From Psammoneis japonica (taxonomy: Eukaryota), in the NCBI GenBank assembly GCA_008632985.1, contig QPGO01000034.1, positions 511,311 to 575,310 of the forward strand: 64,000 nucleotides of DNA, given 5' to 3'. The translations under genes and the position numbers were made by a program. Below the pieces are notes generated by a model that was not told where the DNA came from, ran no database searches, and worked only from the letters and a program-made list of their open reading frames with translations. Positions 50,620 to 62,034 of the stretch are shown here, one piece after another. Position 1 is the stretch's first letter. Every line of letters begins with the position of its first letter.

Positions 50620-53100
50620 TCATCTCTCTTGCCCACTTGACAAAGACCTCAGCCCACTTGATTTGGGGGGCAAACTGCCATGACTGTGTGCTCTTTCCTT
50701 CCATTGGGTGGGAACATCCAAGAGGGGACAGGGTCTGAGCAATGTTTCATCTGAAACACAGAGGGCCACTCTTTGTGCAGGAGATGGCAATGTGATGCAT
50801 CGACAGATTGCCATTGCTCTGAAATTCTTGTTGGCAATGTGTGAACAGCCCAGTGTCTTCATGGGTTGACTGACAGCTGCAAGCTTGCAATCAACAGAGT
50901 GAACAATGGCCTTCACATCACCAGTCTCCTCCTTGCAAATTCCAGTGGCTCTTGCCGGGTGCATGTCTTGTTGGAGTTGCCGTCCATGTCAAAGTTGACT
51001 GCAGCCCAATCACACCGGGTGATTGAAAAGTGTGTGCAGCTGGGCATGATTTTTCCCAGTGTTGCTGTCAATGGCAGAGTTGCCACAACAAATTGTGGTG
51101 TCCATGCATGACACAACTCTCTTTGTTCCAAAAACAAGGGCTTTGTTGTCAAGCTGCATTTCCTCTTGGGAAGAAGCAGACAGGAACAGCGACAATGCAT
51201 GTGACAATGAAGAGCACATTCAAAAGGAAGCAAAGCTGGGCATTTTGGAAAGCATCAAGCCAGCACACCCATCACCCCTTCATCAGTTTTTTTTCACTGG
51301 GCAGGAAAACTGACATGGGTTGTTGAGGTCTTGCACAACATTGGCAGATTCGGGTGTGGGTGACTCCACTTTTTTCTTTGCCATGGTCTTTCTCAACCTG
51401 TCATGGACACACTTCTCAATGTTGGTCTCAACCTCTTTGCAAAGCAGGCCTTGGCACCTGTCCTGTGGGGCGAGACATGCAAGGGATTTGATGCATTCAT
51501 GGGAGGAGCATGAGATGGATTGCTTGCCATTGATGGCCTTCAGAATCTTTCACCACAATTCAACAAACAGCTGGTCCATCTGGAAATCATCAAAGTCGTC
51601 TTGCAACAAAAAGCCAAAGCCATGCAACTGGAGGTTCTTGAAGACAAGTTGGATTGCAGAAGGTTTTTGGTCAAATGCATCACTTTTGTGTCATGGTCTG
51701 TGGTGCAGGCAAATCTTTCTTTGAAGGGAAAGGCACTGGGTGGCAAGGCTGCTTTTTTTTTTTGTAGAAGATTCCTCAGGTGCTCCACCATTGGGAGTGT
51801 TGGATGGTCTTTTCCTTTTCTGTCTGCACCAAGCAGAAGCTGTTTGATGGGACTGCTTTTTCCCAGAGGTTGTGTTGCCCGATTGGCTGCCATTGGACCC
51901 TGCACAAGGAGAGAGCACATTGGCTGACATTGCCCACCCAAGTTTGCCATCCTTCTCCTGGGTGAGTGTTTCTGAAGATGCTTCAAATCCTTCAACAAAA
52001 AAAAGTGTGTCATGGTGTGCCTGCATGTTGGTGGACAAATCATGTGGTGCTGCATCATCCTTGAGGGAGTCGCCATTTCATTGGTGCAACCAAACAAACC
52101 ACCTCCACATCTGTGCTTGGCATGAAACCCAAATGACACCAGAAGAAAGAGTGTTCACGAGCTTTCCTCTTCACAATGAGGGTGCAGAACAGCCAGGGTT
52201 CAAGTGGATGTTGTTGACAGGAATTGGTTCCTGTCTGGTCTGTGCACAAGCCTGTTGGAAGAAGGAGGTCCTTCTCTGGATCAAAATCTTTGGGGAGATT
52301 GTTGCAAGTGTCTGTTTCTCTGAGGCCACAGTCATCTGTGGGAACAAACTTGTGGAGCTGTTCCTGCATTGATTTGTTGACATTGAGATTGTGATGGTCT
52401 TTGAAAAGGGAGCAAGCAAGCAATTCCCTCAACATGTCCTTCATTTGGAAACGAGCCACTTGGTGCCCACAAATGATGCATGTGTCTGGCTTTGGCATGT
52501 GCACCTTCTTGTGAAGGCTCCTCACCAACTTTTGTGCCAAAAAGCTTTGGATGCATCAAATTCACTCTTCTTGTAGAGCCATCACAGCAGGGTGAGCAGT
52601 GAATCATAAAACCCTCCAGCAGCACCAGAGTTGTCACACAGTGTGATCAGCTGAAGAGAAGCTTCCTCAGCCAACAAAAAGCTGCACCCAAGCAGAGAGG
52701 ATGACTGTTCCTTGCCAACATCAGAGGCCTCCACTGGCAAAACATCATCTTCATTGATGTCACATTTGTGGGTGGAGTTGGTGCTGGGAAACATCTCAAA
52801 AAGAGACAGGTTGTGCCCTTGTTGTCTTCATTGGAGTGAGAATGTTGGCATCATTGGAGTCATCATCTTGTTCATCAGATGCACCACTCTTGAAATCAAA
52901 GTTGGCAGCAGCAAACTTGACATTGCGTCCCGCCATTGCACCAGGCAGGGGATGAAAGGGAGGGAAGAGCTGAAGTGCCGGTGGGGGAACTGATGCTGGA
53001 GAGATGTGTTGACAGTGTTTCCAGAGGTGCCAGCAGAGTTTGAGCAAGATTGGCAGGAGGATGACAGGAAGGGCTCCTTGTCCCATTGATGATGAGCAAG
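50620..53100 (-). mobile_element. Decayed, rearranged Plavaka-type (CMC/CACTA-related) transposase gene
   Basis: N-part LQLITLCDNSGAAGGFYDSLL; core DLLLPTGLCTDQTG..QQHPLEPWLFC..RKAREHSFFWCHLGFMP (cf. LPI.LY.D.T..YPLEP..W..LG.IP); C-part RCDWAAVNF..HPAR..AIVH. An unrelated fragment interrupts at ~51300-51900. Confidence 0.72.
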
Positions 53101-53559
53101 CAACACAGTGGCTTGGGACAGTGTGCCTGGATCACTGGCTGCAACATTGACACAACTGATTTGGTTTTGGGCTTGTGGCAGAAATGGCGGGCATGAACCA
53201 TGTGCAAGGATCAAATTGCAGGGGGGGGAACCAAGATTGATGCAAACAAAGGGAAATTTGTTGGAAGCAAGCAAACTGATTGATTTCAAATTGGACTGTT
53301 GAGCAAGCACGGGTGCTGATTGAGAAAGCACATGTCTCAAAGCTGGACAGACACAAATGCCAGAGAAAATGGAATTTGAAAATTTTGGACATTGAGGCAT
53401 TGTTCAGTCACAAGCAATTGCGTTGTTTTTGAAACTCAGGTGAGTGAATTCAAATTGCATTGGCAAACATCAGAGAATGCATGAAATCAATGACAGCCAA
53501 ATGCTCAAATCAGAAAATTTGCAAATGCAGAAATTCCAGCTTGCAATGGCAAACAGCCA

Positions 53560-55035
53560 GGCAACAATGCATGCATGACCTGTGCTGCTGAGAGGAGCAC
53601 TGGGAAAACAAACCACACAAAAAATGGCATGGAGACATGGCAACCATGGTGCCCCCAGAGGCAGCAGATCAATCCAGCCATTTGGATGAACAATGACAAG
53701 AAGGTGGGCAGAGACATGGTCAAGGTGAAAGACCATGTCAAAGAAAAGGTGTTTCTCAGTGTCACAATTGTGTTTGATGCAAGGCAGCCAGAGGAAACTG
53801 GCATGCTGTGCAGAGACTGTACCCAGAATTGTGCACCAATGCTGATGGATGGAATGCTTGTGGAGCTTCCAGAGGCTGAACAGAAAACACACCCAAATGA
53901 AACAAAACAGGTTGCAGCCACCAGAGTTGGCAGGCAATGAAGCAATCCAATGCATGTCAGGCCCAGCAAGACAGATTTCACAGCAAGTTCTGTTGCTGAG
54001 GATTGTTGTGAATGAGGAAAAAACAAACCAACATTGGCGTTGTGTTGTTGCTGACAATGCAGTGCTTTGTGCATGCTGCAGCAAGAACAATTGCATGTTG
54101 TCTTTGCCAGAACATTTCCAGGTCAACAGTCAAATCCACCATTGCACGGACAGCACTCTGCAGCCACTTGTTGCAACCGGTCATGGGAGAAATTTGTTGG
54201 AAGAAGAGCCTCTCCGAAAACACAAGGTTGGGCACATTGTGTGCCAAGGCATTTGCCCACATGCTCTAGAAATTTTTTTGTTGCGTGGCTTGCAGTGCAG
54301 CACAAGAGCAAGAACAAGGACACAGCTGTTTGATGACAGACTGCAATGTGGGGGGTCAATGACCAAGAAAACCCCACTGGAGGAAGGGAAGACTTGTGTG
54401 AAATTCTGATGCTGCCAGATGTTGCCATTGCCAAGCCAGAGGATGCAAACAGATCAAGCACATTTTTGAAATTTTTGAAAAAGACCCTGAAGAGCCCACA
54501 GAGCAAGGAATGCACAAGGAGACAGCAAACAAGTCTAAGGAGGTGTGGGAGAAGTCCCTCAAGAGCTGCAATGAATGCATCAAGAAGGTGAGAACAGAGC
54601 AAATGACACACAGGAGCAGCCAGTTTTGATGGAGGTCATGACCAAGCTGGAAAGCAACAAAAACCTGCCAGACAAAAGGAGCATGGGGTGCTGAGAAGAG
54701 AAAGTGCATGAGACGCCCAAAGTGCTTCATCGCAAGAGACTCCAAGAATGGAGCTGAAGAAGGTGCATCCAGGAGATGACACAAGGTGCCTGGGAAGTGC
54801 AAAGGATGGTTGCTGAGGGCAAACAAGTTCTTTGAGCAGCTGGTGAGGGAAATGAAACAAGACATTGCAAGCAAACAATTGGGCCAATGGGAAGATTTGC
54901 ACAAGAAGACAGTGGCTGAGCACAAAGAGAAAGAGGAGGAAAAGAATGATGAGTCAGGGGACAAAAGCAACTGCATGGTGAGCTGTGCCAAGACACATGA
55001 ACTGGAGGAGTTGATGCGAGTTTGGCAGAGATGAC
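53560..55035 (+). pseudogene. Decayed accessory gene divergent from the Plavaka transposase
   Basis: Fragments VKDHVKEKVF, LLQPVMGEICWKK..AKAFAH..NFFVAWL (cf. EAFA..LEN..W), KCKGWLLRANKFFEQLV (cf. GWS..F..L). I recall these motifs from diatom TE-linked hypothetical proteins. Confidence 0.55.
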
Positions 55036-56091
55036 AAAAAAGCAGCACCCACATTGTCACAAATGACATTGCATGCAAAGTGCACAAAGCAGCACCCACA
55101 TTGTTGCAAACAAATGATGCTGCAAAGTGAGCCCAAACTGTCAAACTAAATTCGAGCATGCTGCTGCCAAATGGCAATTTGGGAAACCAGTCAACCAGTC
55201 AACTGCAACTGGGTTGCAACAAACATGTTGGTTTGCACATCATTGATGTGAACCCACGGACATTTGTTGGAGGTGCAGGACATCCATTTGTTTGGGCCTA
55301 GGACAAATCTGACTGATTCAGTCACAAATAAATTGATGTGCTTGCACTCACACATGTTGGGGCAGACTGAGGCATTGTCGTCCGCAGATGGGGCAGCGGC
55401 AACGGCAATGGCGGCAATTGTGGAGAGGAGGTGTGTTGGCCTTTGCAGCCCATGTGGTGTGGCAAGTTCAGTGATCAGTGAGACCAAGCATGTGCAAGCT
55501 GGTGAGCCATGAAATCTTAACACAGAAGCTAAAAAGGCTGGCTGGGAAGTCATCAAGAGTCCAAAGGTGCAGCTCGAGTCAGACAGTGGATTGCAGCAAA
55601 CAAGCTGCTGGCTCGATGAAGGCAAAGAAACAGTCTCTGCGGCTGTGAGGAAACTGTTGAGGGTCTGCTGAAGTGGGGAGTCGAGCATTGGTCCCAGTCC
55701 GTGTGCCACCATGCCTCTGGTGGATCGCCTTGAACGACATCTTCCTTGCTGCTCCTAAAAAGGGAAGCGACCGTTCCGAAGCGTCATGTCATTTTACTGC
55801 ATGCCGTGAAAGAAAAGGTGGCAACGACACTAATAAACATGCATAGCTTACAGACTTGAATATAAGTTTATATTGGGTCATCTCAGTTTCGTGACTGTTC
55901 GTTTGGCCGTCGTCGCGTGGATGTGCGAGAGCACGGGTGAGGGAGTGAGGGAACGGACAACACACGCAATTTCACCACAACCCAGCCACAACACACAGCG
56001 TGAGAAGGGTGCTGTTGTTGAAGTGAGTCACGTCGTTTCAACCTATTAAGAGACTTTCGTTTCAAAGCCTTTGCCTTGATTACTGTGCATC

Positions 56092-58203
56092 ATGCCGACG
56101 TTCAGTAAGAAGAAGAGGGGGAAGTCAAAAAAGAAAGCTGCCGAGCTGCCTCTTCGTAAGCTCGTTCAGAAGCGGCTGCTGACTGACGTCTTCCACAATA
56201 CAATGGGTACGTAAGGAACTTACCAGCTGCTTTGACCTGCACTTTTCAACTCGAGCTCATTTTCATGGGATTTTGTCTTTTGTTTGCTAATGGCGTATGC
56301 AGAGAAAAGTACCGGATGGAGTGTGCTGATCGTTGACCATGCCGCAACGCGTGTCATGTCTTCTGCTGTCGGGATGTACGACCTAATGGAGCAGAAGGTC
56401 TGCGGAGTTGAGGATTTGTCCAAGGCCCGGGCCCCTTTTAAGGATATGAATGCGATTTATCTGATATCGCAGAAAGAAGACAGCGTCAATCGAATGATTG
56501 CTGATTGGACGCGGTCTGACCCACTGTATGGCGCGAGTGTCTTTGTGTACTTCTTGGGGCGAATCCCAGACAACCTACTGGAGAGGATCAAGCAGTGTAA
56601 GCCTCTCCTTCGAAGGCTTAAGGCTCTTGGGGAACTCAATGTTGACTTTCTTGCTAAAGAAGAAAGAGCCTACCATTTCGACATGCGGTCGTCCTTCACC
56701 CAGCTTTTTCTCCGTACAGGACCCACCGTGCCGGAACTCGACATCGTTGAGAAACTTGTAACTGTGTGCGCCACCCTCAACGAGTATCCACACATTCGGT
56801 TCAGGTCAACCTCAGCCTTGTGTTCGAGTCTTGCAAATATGTTTCATCTTAAAATGAACGAATTTGTGGGGACGAACGAAAAGTGGTGGTATCATGGTGA
56901 TGCCGCGCATTCGGACAGGGACCGTTCGACCCTCCTTCTTCTCGATCGGTCTGATGACTGCCTTTCACCGCTTATGCATGAATTCACCTACCAAGCCATG
57001 GTCACTGACTTGCTCCCTATGGAAGATGATGTGATCACATTTCAATCTGAAACATTCGATTCTGGCGGAGACGGAACTATGGCGAAGGATGTTATCCTGA
57101 ATGACAATGATGAAGTATGGGTTGAACTTCGTGGAAAACACATTGCCGATGTGGTCCAGATTCTGAGCGATCGCATTCGGGCTGTCGTCAACTCCGGGAC
57201 AGGTGCGAATATGAATAAGAAGGATAAAGGAACCATGAGTTTATCCCAGATGGCAGATACTCTCAAACAGTTGCCAGAGTATCGTGAAGTCATGTCCAAG
57301 CTTTCGCAGCACATGCACATTGCTCACCAATGTCTTGATATATTCAAGAAGCAACAGCTCCTTGATTTGTCTGAATTGGAGCAAACACTCGCTACCGGTC
57401 AGACCGACGAAGGACGAAAGCCCAAGCTGGCTGAAATGGTATCGCAGGTCGAAGGCAAGCTTCGAGAGTTACGCAATCCGACGGACAAAATTCGTCTGCT
57501 TTCTATCTTCACCACGAGTCAAAAAGGCCTGAAGCGCGCTGATCGCGATCGACTCCTCAGAGCAGCGCAGCTTCCCCCCAGCGAGCAGAAGGGGATTGAC
57601 AATCTGGAGATTATGGGCGTTCCGCTTGTGGCGACAGGGGACAGTAAGCGTATCTCTTCCTTTTTCGGGTAAGGAAGCGAAACACCACCTTTCTTCTTGT
57701 ACATGTTTTCATTGATCTAAAGTTTTCCTCTCTTTTATTGTGACAATCTAAATCTCTCTAGACAAAAAATATCGTCCTCTGGAGCAATCGACGAAGGCAG
57801 CGAATATGCGGGAAGTCGCTATCAGCCACCTCTCAAGAGTATTCTGGAAGACATCGAGGAGAGCAAATTGAGCATTGACGATTACCCTAGCGTTTTGCCT
57901 CTCCCAGAAGTTGGCGGAAGCACAGGCACTGCAGTAAGCGCAAGGTCCGCGAGGGGGTCAGGAAGCGCCCGGAGGGATGACCGCGCATCATCGCGATGGA
58001 AACGAAGCGACAACTCGAAGCCTAAGAAAGCTGTGTTCTCGGGCGGACGGCAGCTAATATTCATGGTTGGCGGCATGTGCTACTCAGAGCTGCGTACCAT
58101 TCGGGAGGCAAACAGAACTGGATCTAAAGAGATCGTCGGTGGATCTACGCATTTCGTCAAGCCCGCCGAGTTTGTAAGTGACCTGAAGAGTTTGAGTGGG
58201 TAG
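56092..58203 (+). CDS. Sec1/Munc18 (SM) family syntaxin-binding protein; introns ~56207-56303 and ~57669-57761
   Basis: WSVLIVD, VCATLNEYPHIRF, LLLLDRSDDCLSPLMHEFTYQAMVTDLL, DEVWVELRGKHIADV, LEQTLATG, SRYQP, LIFMVGGMCYSELR, GGSTH. Confidence 0.95.
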
Positions 58204-58252
58204 AGGAAACGTTGGTTGTATTAGGTACACTGTAATGATTTGTTAGTCAATT

Positions 58253-59641
58253 TCACGGTGCATTTTCTCGTTGTTTTCGGCGTAAATGCACCAAACTCTC
58301 GACAGAGTCGGTTCGCGGAAACAAGTCAAGAAGCGTGCAGTCCACAACTTCAAAGCAACCGTCCAGTCTTTGTAAATCTGTTTTCAGAGCGTCTCTACCA
58401 CAGGAAATGTACAACACATCAATGAATGAACCGCTGCGAATCATTTCGCACACACCTTCGCCTAGCCCCGCTCGCGGTGGATCTACTAATAATATGTCAT
58501 AGTTTTGGTCGTACCAAGACTTGTTTTTAGACGGCGACAATATCCCCTCTCTCTTTCTTCGACGAGTTTGTATAGACTTGCGTGCCCATTCGCTAGCGTC
58601 ACCTTTAAAGGCAACAACTGGCGTCGCAGCATATGGGCTCGTTTCTTTCTTCGCGCGACCCTTTGACAACACATTTGGTATCTCATCCTTGGGGCAGTAG
58701 CAATCATTTGCACGGCAGTTGGATTCGCAGGCCTCCACCAAACGACCGTCGTACTCAACAGCAACAATCAACTCAAGCATTGATGATCTTGCCAGAGCAA
58801 CAGTATGTGCACCGCAACCGCAATACATTTCCAAAAGTCGTGCTGAGCTCTTCTCGGTCGTTACCGACTTTATGCGGCCAATCATCCATTGCAAAGCTTG
58901 TAACATGACCCGCGAATTAGGATGGAAGAAGGCTGTTGGTGGCTTTGAATACCGAACCGGTATATTCTCATTTTCTTGCTCATCCGCGTCAGGCACTGAT
59001 GCTGCCCGGTCGATTTTTCCTGTCTTTCGGTGACGGATCAACCAGATTGTGTCGTTTATCCGGTCTTTTCCTTCACAATTAATTGTCAGACACCGTTTCC
59101 TAGATCGACCATCTATTTGAGACAAATTTAAAGCTTTGCATAGGTCCAGCGCCTGTTCCTTCCAGCTTGCTTCGTCCTCAAGAGCCTGGCTGTAGTTTAA
59201 AGCTACAAAACAGTCTGAAGATGGAGTATCATGCCAAGAAGACGCAAAAGTGACACTTTCCAGATTCTTGTTCAGCACGCCATCGTCACTGTTCAATCGC
59301 CGGAGCAGATCTGTCATTGAGTTTTGTATTCTCCGGTTGGCAATCGGGAAGAAACTGCCCCCTAGCAGGACCGGTTCATTCTTTCGGCGCATGGCATAGT
59401 TCAATACTCCAGTTGAGTCCCTTACTAACTGAAAGCTACAAATACATCGGTACGCCCAGGTTTCTTCTTCAGTTTGGCAGGGACGAACGACGGAGATGCA
59501 ATCCTGAACCCATGGTCTTAGGTCGTCGGCGGCATTCCGGAGTTTTCGGAGAGAATGACAAACCCCACTGTCTTCTGGCTGAGCCTCGTAGCCAGGAAGA
59601 ACGCAGTGCTTTAGAGGCAGTAGTGAATCTTCATCGTTCAT
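58253..59641 (-). CDS. RNA (uracil-5)-methyltransferase, TrmA/Trm2-like
   Basis: FFHPN, LLEMYCGCGAHT, VAVE, LVDPPRAGL, LYISCG (catalytic Cys), DLFPRTDSVE. Start Met uncertain. Confidence 0.88.
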   Translation of the reverse strand: MNDEDSLLPLKHCVLPGYEAQPEDSGVCHSLRKLRNAADDLRPWVQDCISVVRPCQTEEETWAYRCICSFQLVRDSTGVLNYAMRRKNEPVLLGGSFFPIANRRIQNSMTDLLRRLNSDDGVLNKNLESVTFASSWHDTPSSDCFVALNYSQALEDEASWKEQALDLCKALNLSQIDGRSRKRCLTINCEGKDRINDTIWLIRHRKTGKIDRAASVPDADEQENENIPVRYSKPPTAFFHPNSRVMLQALQWMIGRIKSVTTEKSSARLLEMYCGCGAHTVALARSSMLELIVAVEYDGRLVEACESNCRANDCYCPKDEIPNVLSKGRAKKETSPYAATPVVAFKGDASEWARKSIQTRRRKREGILSPSKNKSWYDQNYDILLVDPPRAGLGEGVCEMIRSGSFIDVLYISCGRDALKTDLQRLDGCFEVVDCTLLDLFPRTDSVESLVHLRRKQRENAP

Positions 59642-59838
59642 TTCGGAATGGAAGCTGACTATAAACACAGGGATGGAAGACAAATTGTTGGTGGAAGTGG
59701 GTAAAATGCTCTAACAGTCTAACAGCGGTGCGGCGCCCGATGCTGACAAGAACACAAAACAACACCTCCCCAGCTCAGGGATGCTTCTTGCAAAAGCGAT
59801 CAACGCTTAAGTGGAGTCGTGAACCACGACTACCCCAA

Positions 59839-59917
59839 AAAATGCCAGGTTCTAGCCCAAAAAATGCCAGGTTAAACCTGCAGAAAATGCCAGGTTCTAG
59901 CCCAAAAAATGCCAGGT
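59839..59917 (+). repeat. Four copies of AAAATGCCAGGT at 22-23 bp period in a divergent promoter
   Basis: Copies at 59839, 59861, 59884 and 59906; spacers TCTAGCCCAA / TAAACCTGCAG / TCTAGCCCAA. Confidence 0.9.
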
Positions 59918-60105
59918 GAAACGTTCGCAACACCGTTCGTCGTCACGCAACGTTACCCCCTTGCAGCGACAATAGCGCGCTTTCGCACGCCCTCCGTTGG
60001 ACGTATTATCGTTAGGCGCTCGAACTGTGAATCCAAGACATTTATTTCATTTGAGGAGGCGGGAAGCAAGGCAGACTGGATGTGCTGGGAGCGACCGACA
60101 ATGTC

Positions 60106-61110
60106 ATGATGCCCCGTCAAAGCAAAACTATGTCGTCGTTCAGCTCCCGTTCTAAGCTCTCCTTCGCCTTGATCGCGGTATTATTCTGTACGAATAGTAT
60201 TGGTGCGGTAGCTGGCAGCGAAGCTAACGAGGTTGCATCATCCAAGTGCCCACCATCTGAGGACGGTGAATGCGTTGAGATTGAACGTTCTTGCAATGTG
60301 GATGCCAGATGCCATGGTGCTGGGGGGCCAATTTATCGTCATGGAGGTTCGGCACAAGCATACAAGCCTGATGCACCCATTAAACAGAGTGTTTGTGACA
60401 TTACCAAACAGTCGAAATCACGTGTTGCGTCGTGGCCCTTTTCACGCGCCAGTCTCAGCGGGGCGCAGCCGACACTTCACGTGAAAGGAAGGCTTTGGTC
60501 TTGTTCAGAAGAACAGAGTCAGTGTTGCTGCGATGCCCTTACAGATGTCGTATCTCAAGAAGCTTTTGTAGAGGTGTGGCAAGCCCGACCCGATGGGACC
60601 TACGCATCGTTGTCTTCTGCGGGAAATGACGGCGACTGTCGTGCCTCTGTACCAGTTTCTCGCTCGTCCTTTGAGTTTGAAACTCTTCTTCCCGGGTCAA
60701 CTGGTGCTTTCAGTGGTCTAGGGCCCTTTGGATGGGATAATTTTCCATATGGACCGCCCGTTCTTCACTTTCTTGTCAACACACCCGATCATGATGCGCT
60801 TCTGCTTGACATTCCTCTCGTCGTGGATCGATCGTTGCAGCTTACCTCTTTCTGGGGGCCCGACTTTCGTGGTCGATCATTAGCATCTCCTAAAATTACG
60901 GATGGTTCAAGATACGAAGTATCTTCATGGGATGTCAAAGGGAACGACATCCAACTGAATCTTGATTTCTTCGTAACAAGAAACGAGGAGCCTTCCGGGA
61001 GTTTAGAGGAGGCGTTTTGTCCTTCATTGGTATACGGACTACCTTCATCCTTCTTCTTACAGCCGATCTCAATATGTGCACCATCAATGTTGGATTTTCT
61101 GAAGTTGTAG
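60106..61110 (+). CDS. Secreted Cys-rich intradiol ring-cleavage dioxygenase-like protein
   Basis: Signal-like LSFALIAVLFC..VAG; LHVKGRLW, VEVWQARPDGTY, CRA, FEFETLLPG, PPVLHFLV. Confidence 0.72.
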   Translation: MMPRQSKTMSSFSSRSKLSFALIAVLFCTNSIGAVAGSEANEVASSKCPPSEDGECVEIERSCNVDARCHGAGGPIYRHGGSAQAYKPDAPIKQSVCDITKQSKSRVASWPFSRASLSGAQPTLHVKGRLWSCSEEQSQCCCDALTDVVSQEAFVEVWQARPDGTYASLSSAGNDGDCRASVPVSRSSFEFETLLPGSTGAFSGLGPFGWDNFPYGPPVLHFLVNTPDHDALLLDIPLVVDRSLQLTSFWGPDFRGRSLASPKITDGSRYEVSSWDVKGNDIQLNLDFFVTRNEEPSGSLEEAFCPSLVYGLPSSFFLQPISICAPSMLDFLKL

Positions 61111-61502
61111 GTTTGTCTGGGGTGTACTACCGGTAGGAAGAGATGAATAGCTGAAAAGCAACCCAAAGCCTCCATGTTTGGATGGCCAGCGACTGCCGTT
61201 GCGAATAGGACCCGTTAACGAAAAATAATAACGCGGTGTAACGCTTTGTGCTTTGTTGATGGAACATATTGCCTACCGGTACCATATAATTTATCGGCAT
61301 TATCAAGACACTACCGGTATCTCGGGGTTGTAGTTTGAAGGTTCTGTACAACAGAGCTTTCCTCCACTACTACCTCCTCGTAGTATTCGATACTGCCGAT
61401 CTGATGCAAAATAAAATGATAAAACATGATTTAGAGTAGACTGAACGATTTATCTCTTTTCGTCGTGAAATTGCCAGATGATTAAGTGTTTGATCACCTC
61501 CT

Positions 61503-62034
61503 TTACTCGTCTTCTTCCTCCTCCTCCTCGTCTTCATCCTCCTCTTCATCCTCGTCATCTTCATCATCGTCGTCGTCTACTTTGAACTTTGTCCAGTCTA
61601 CTGAATCGTATGTCTTGCCGCGGTTGATTGAATTCCAAATTGCATCACCGCCATACCCAGTAACACCTTCAGCGACAACAATTCCAACAACCAACCATGA
61701 TGCATAGGCGCCGGTGCTTTTACCAAATCTACAAACGAAGAGAAACAAATCGATTTATTAGGTTCGAATGAGCATCATAGAAAGCAAAGGCAACAGACTG
61801 ACAAAGCGTGGAAGTACATTCGAGACACTAACAAGAGCAACACGGCCGAGAACACCCGCCGTAGATTGCAGTACGAAAGCTACGCAGAAGTAACAGACGT
61901 ACAGGAACAACTTACAGGTTGTACCAACTCCGAAGAACGTTCGGTGGAATAGCTCCTGCTGTACTCTGTTGACGAGAACCCGCCACAGCGGCTCTCTGAA
62001 GGCCAGAACGAACAACCGACGCTCTGAATATCAT
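61503..62034 (-). CDS. QCR9: Cytochrome bc1 complex subunit 9 (QCR9/UQCR10); intron 61729-61915
   Basis: [43 protein letters not shown] matches the QCR9 pattern (Y..F..S.Y..E..D.IW..N.GK.W/Y). Confidence 0.82.

Noticed and set aside
39362..55712. Well over a hundred overlapping Cys/His/Met/Trp-rich ORFs in all six frames, resembling novel metal-binding proteins
   Set aside because: Artefact of TpA loss (removes TAA/TAG stops and Tyr) and TG/CA gain; recognisable parts are frameshifted TE relics.
39370..55750. Endogenous giant virus, Polinton or alternative genetic code as the explanation for the block
   Set aside because: No capsid, pPolB, packaging ATPase or other viral hallmark recognised. 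The changes follow dinucleotide context in all frames and in LTR/non-coding DNA, not codon reassignment.
55851..55864. CAGACTTGAATATA resembling the reverse complement of TATATTCAAAGTCTG at ~2843-2857
   Set aside because: Short and AT-rich, and orientation relative to the mutated tracts is inconsistent with a shared terminus.
59839..59917. CRISPR-like repeat-spacer pattern
   Set aside because: Repeat 12 bp and spacers 10-11 bp with two identical; eukaryotic context and no cas genes.
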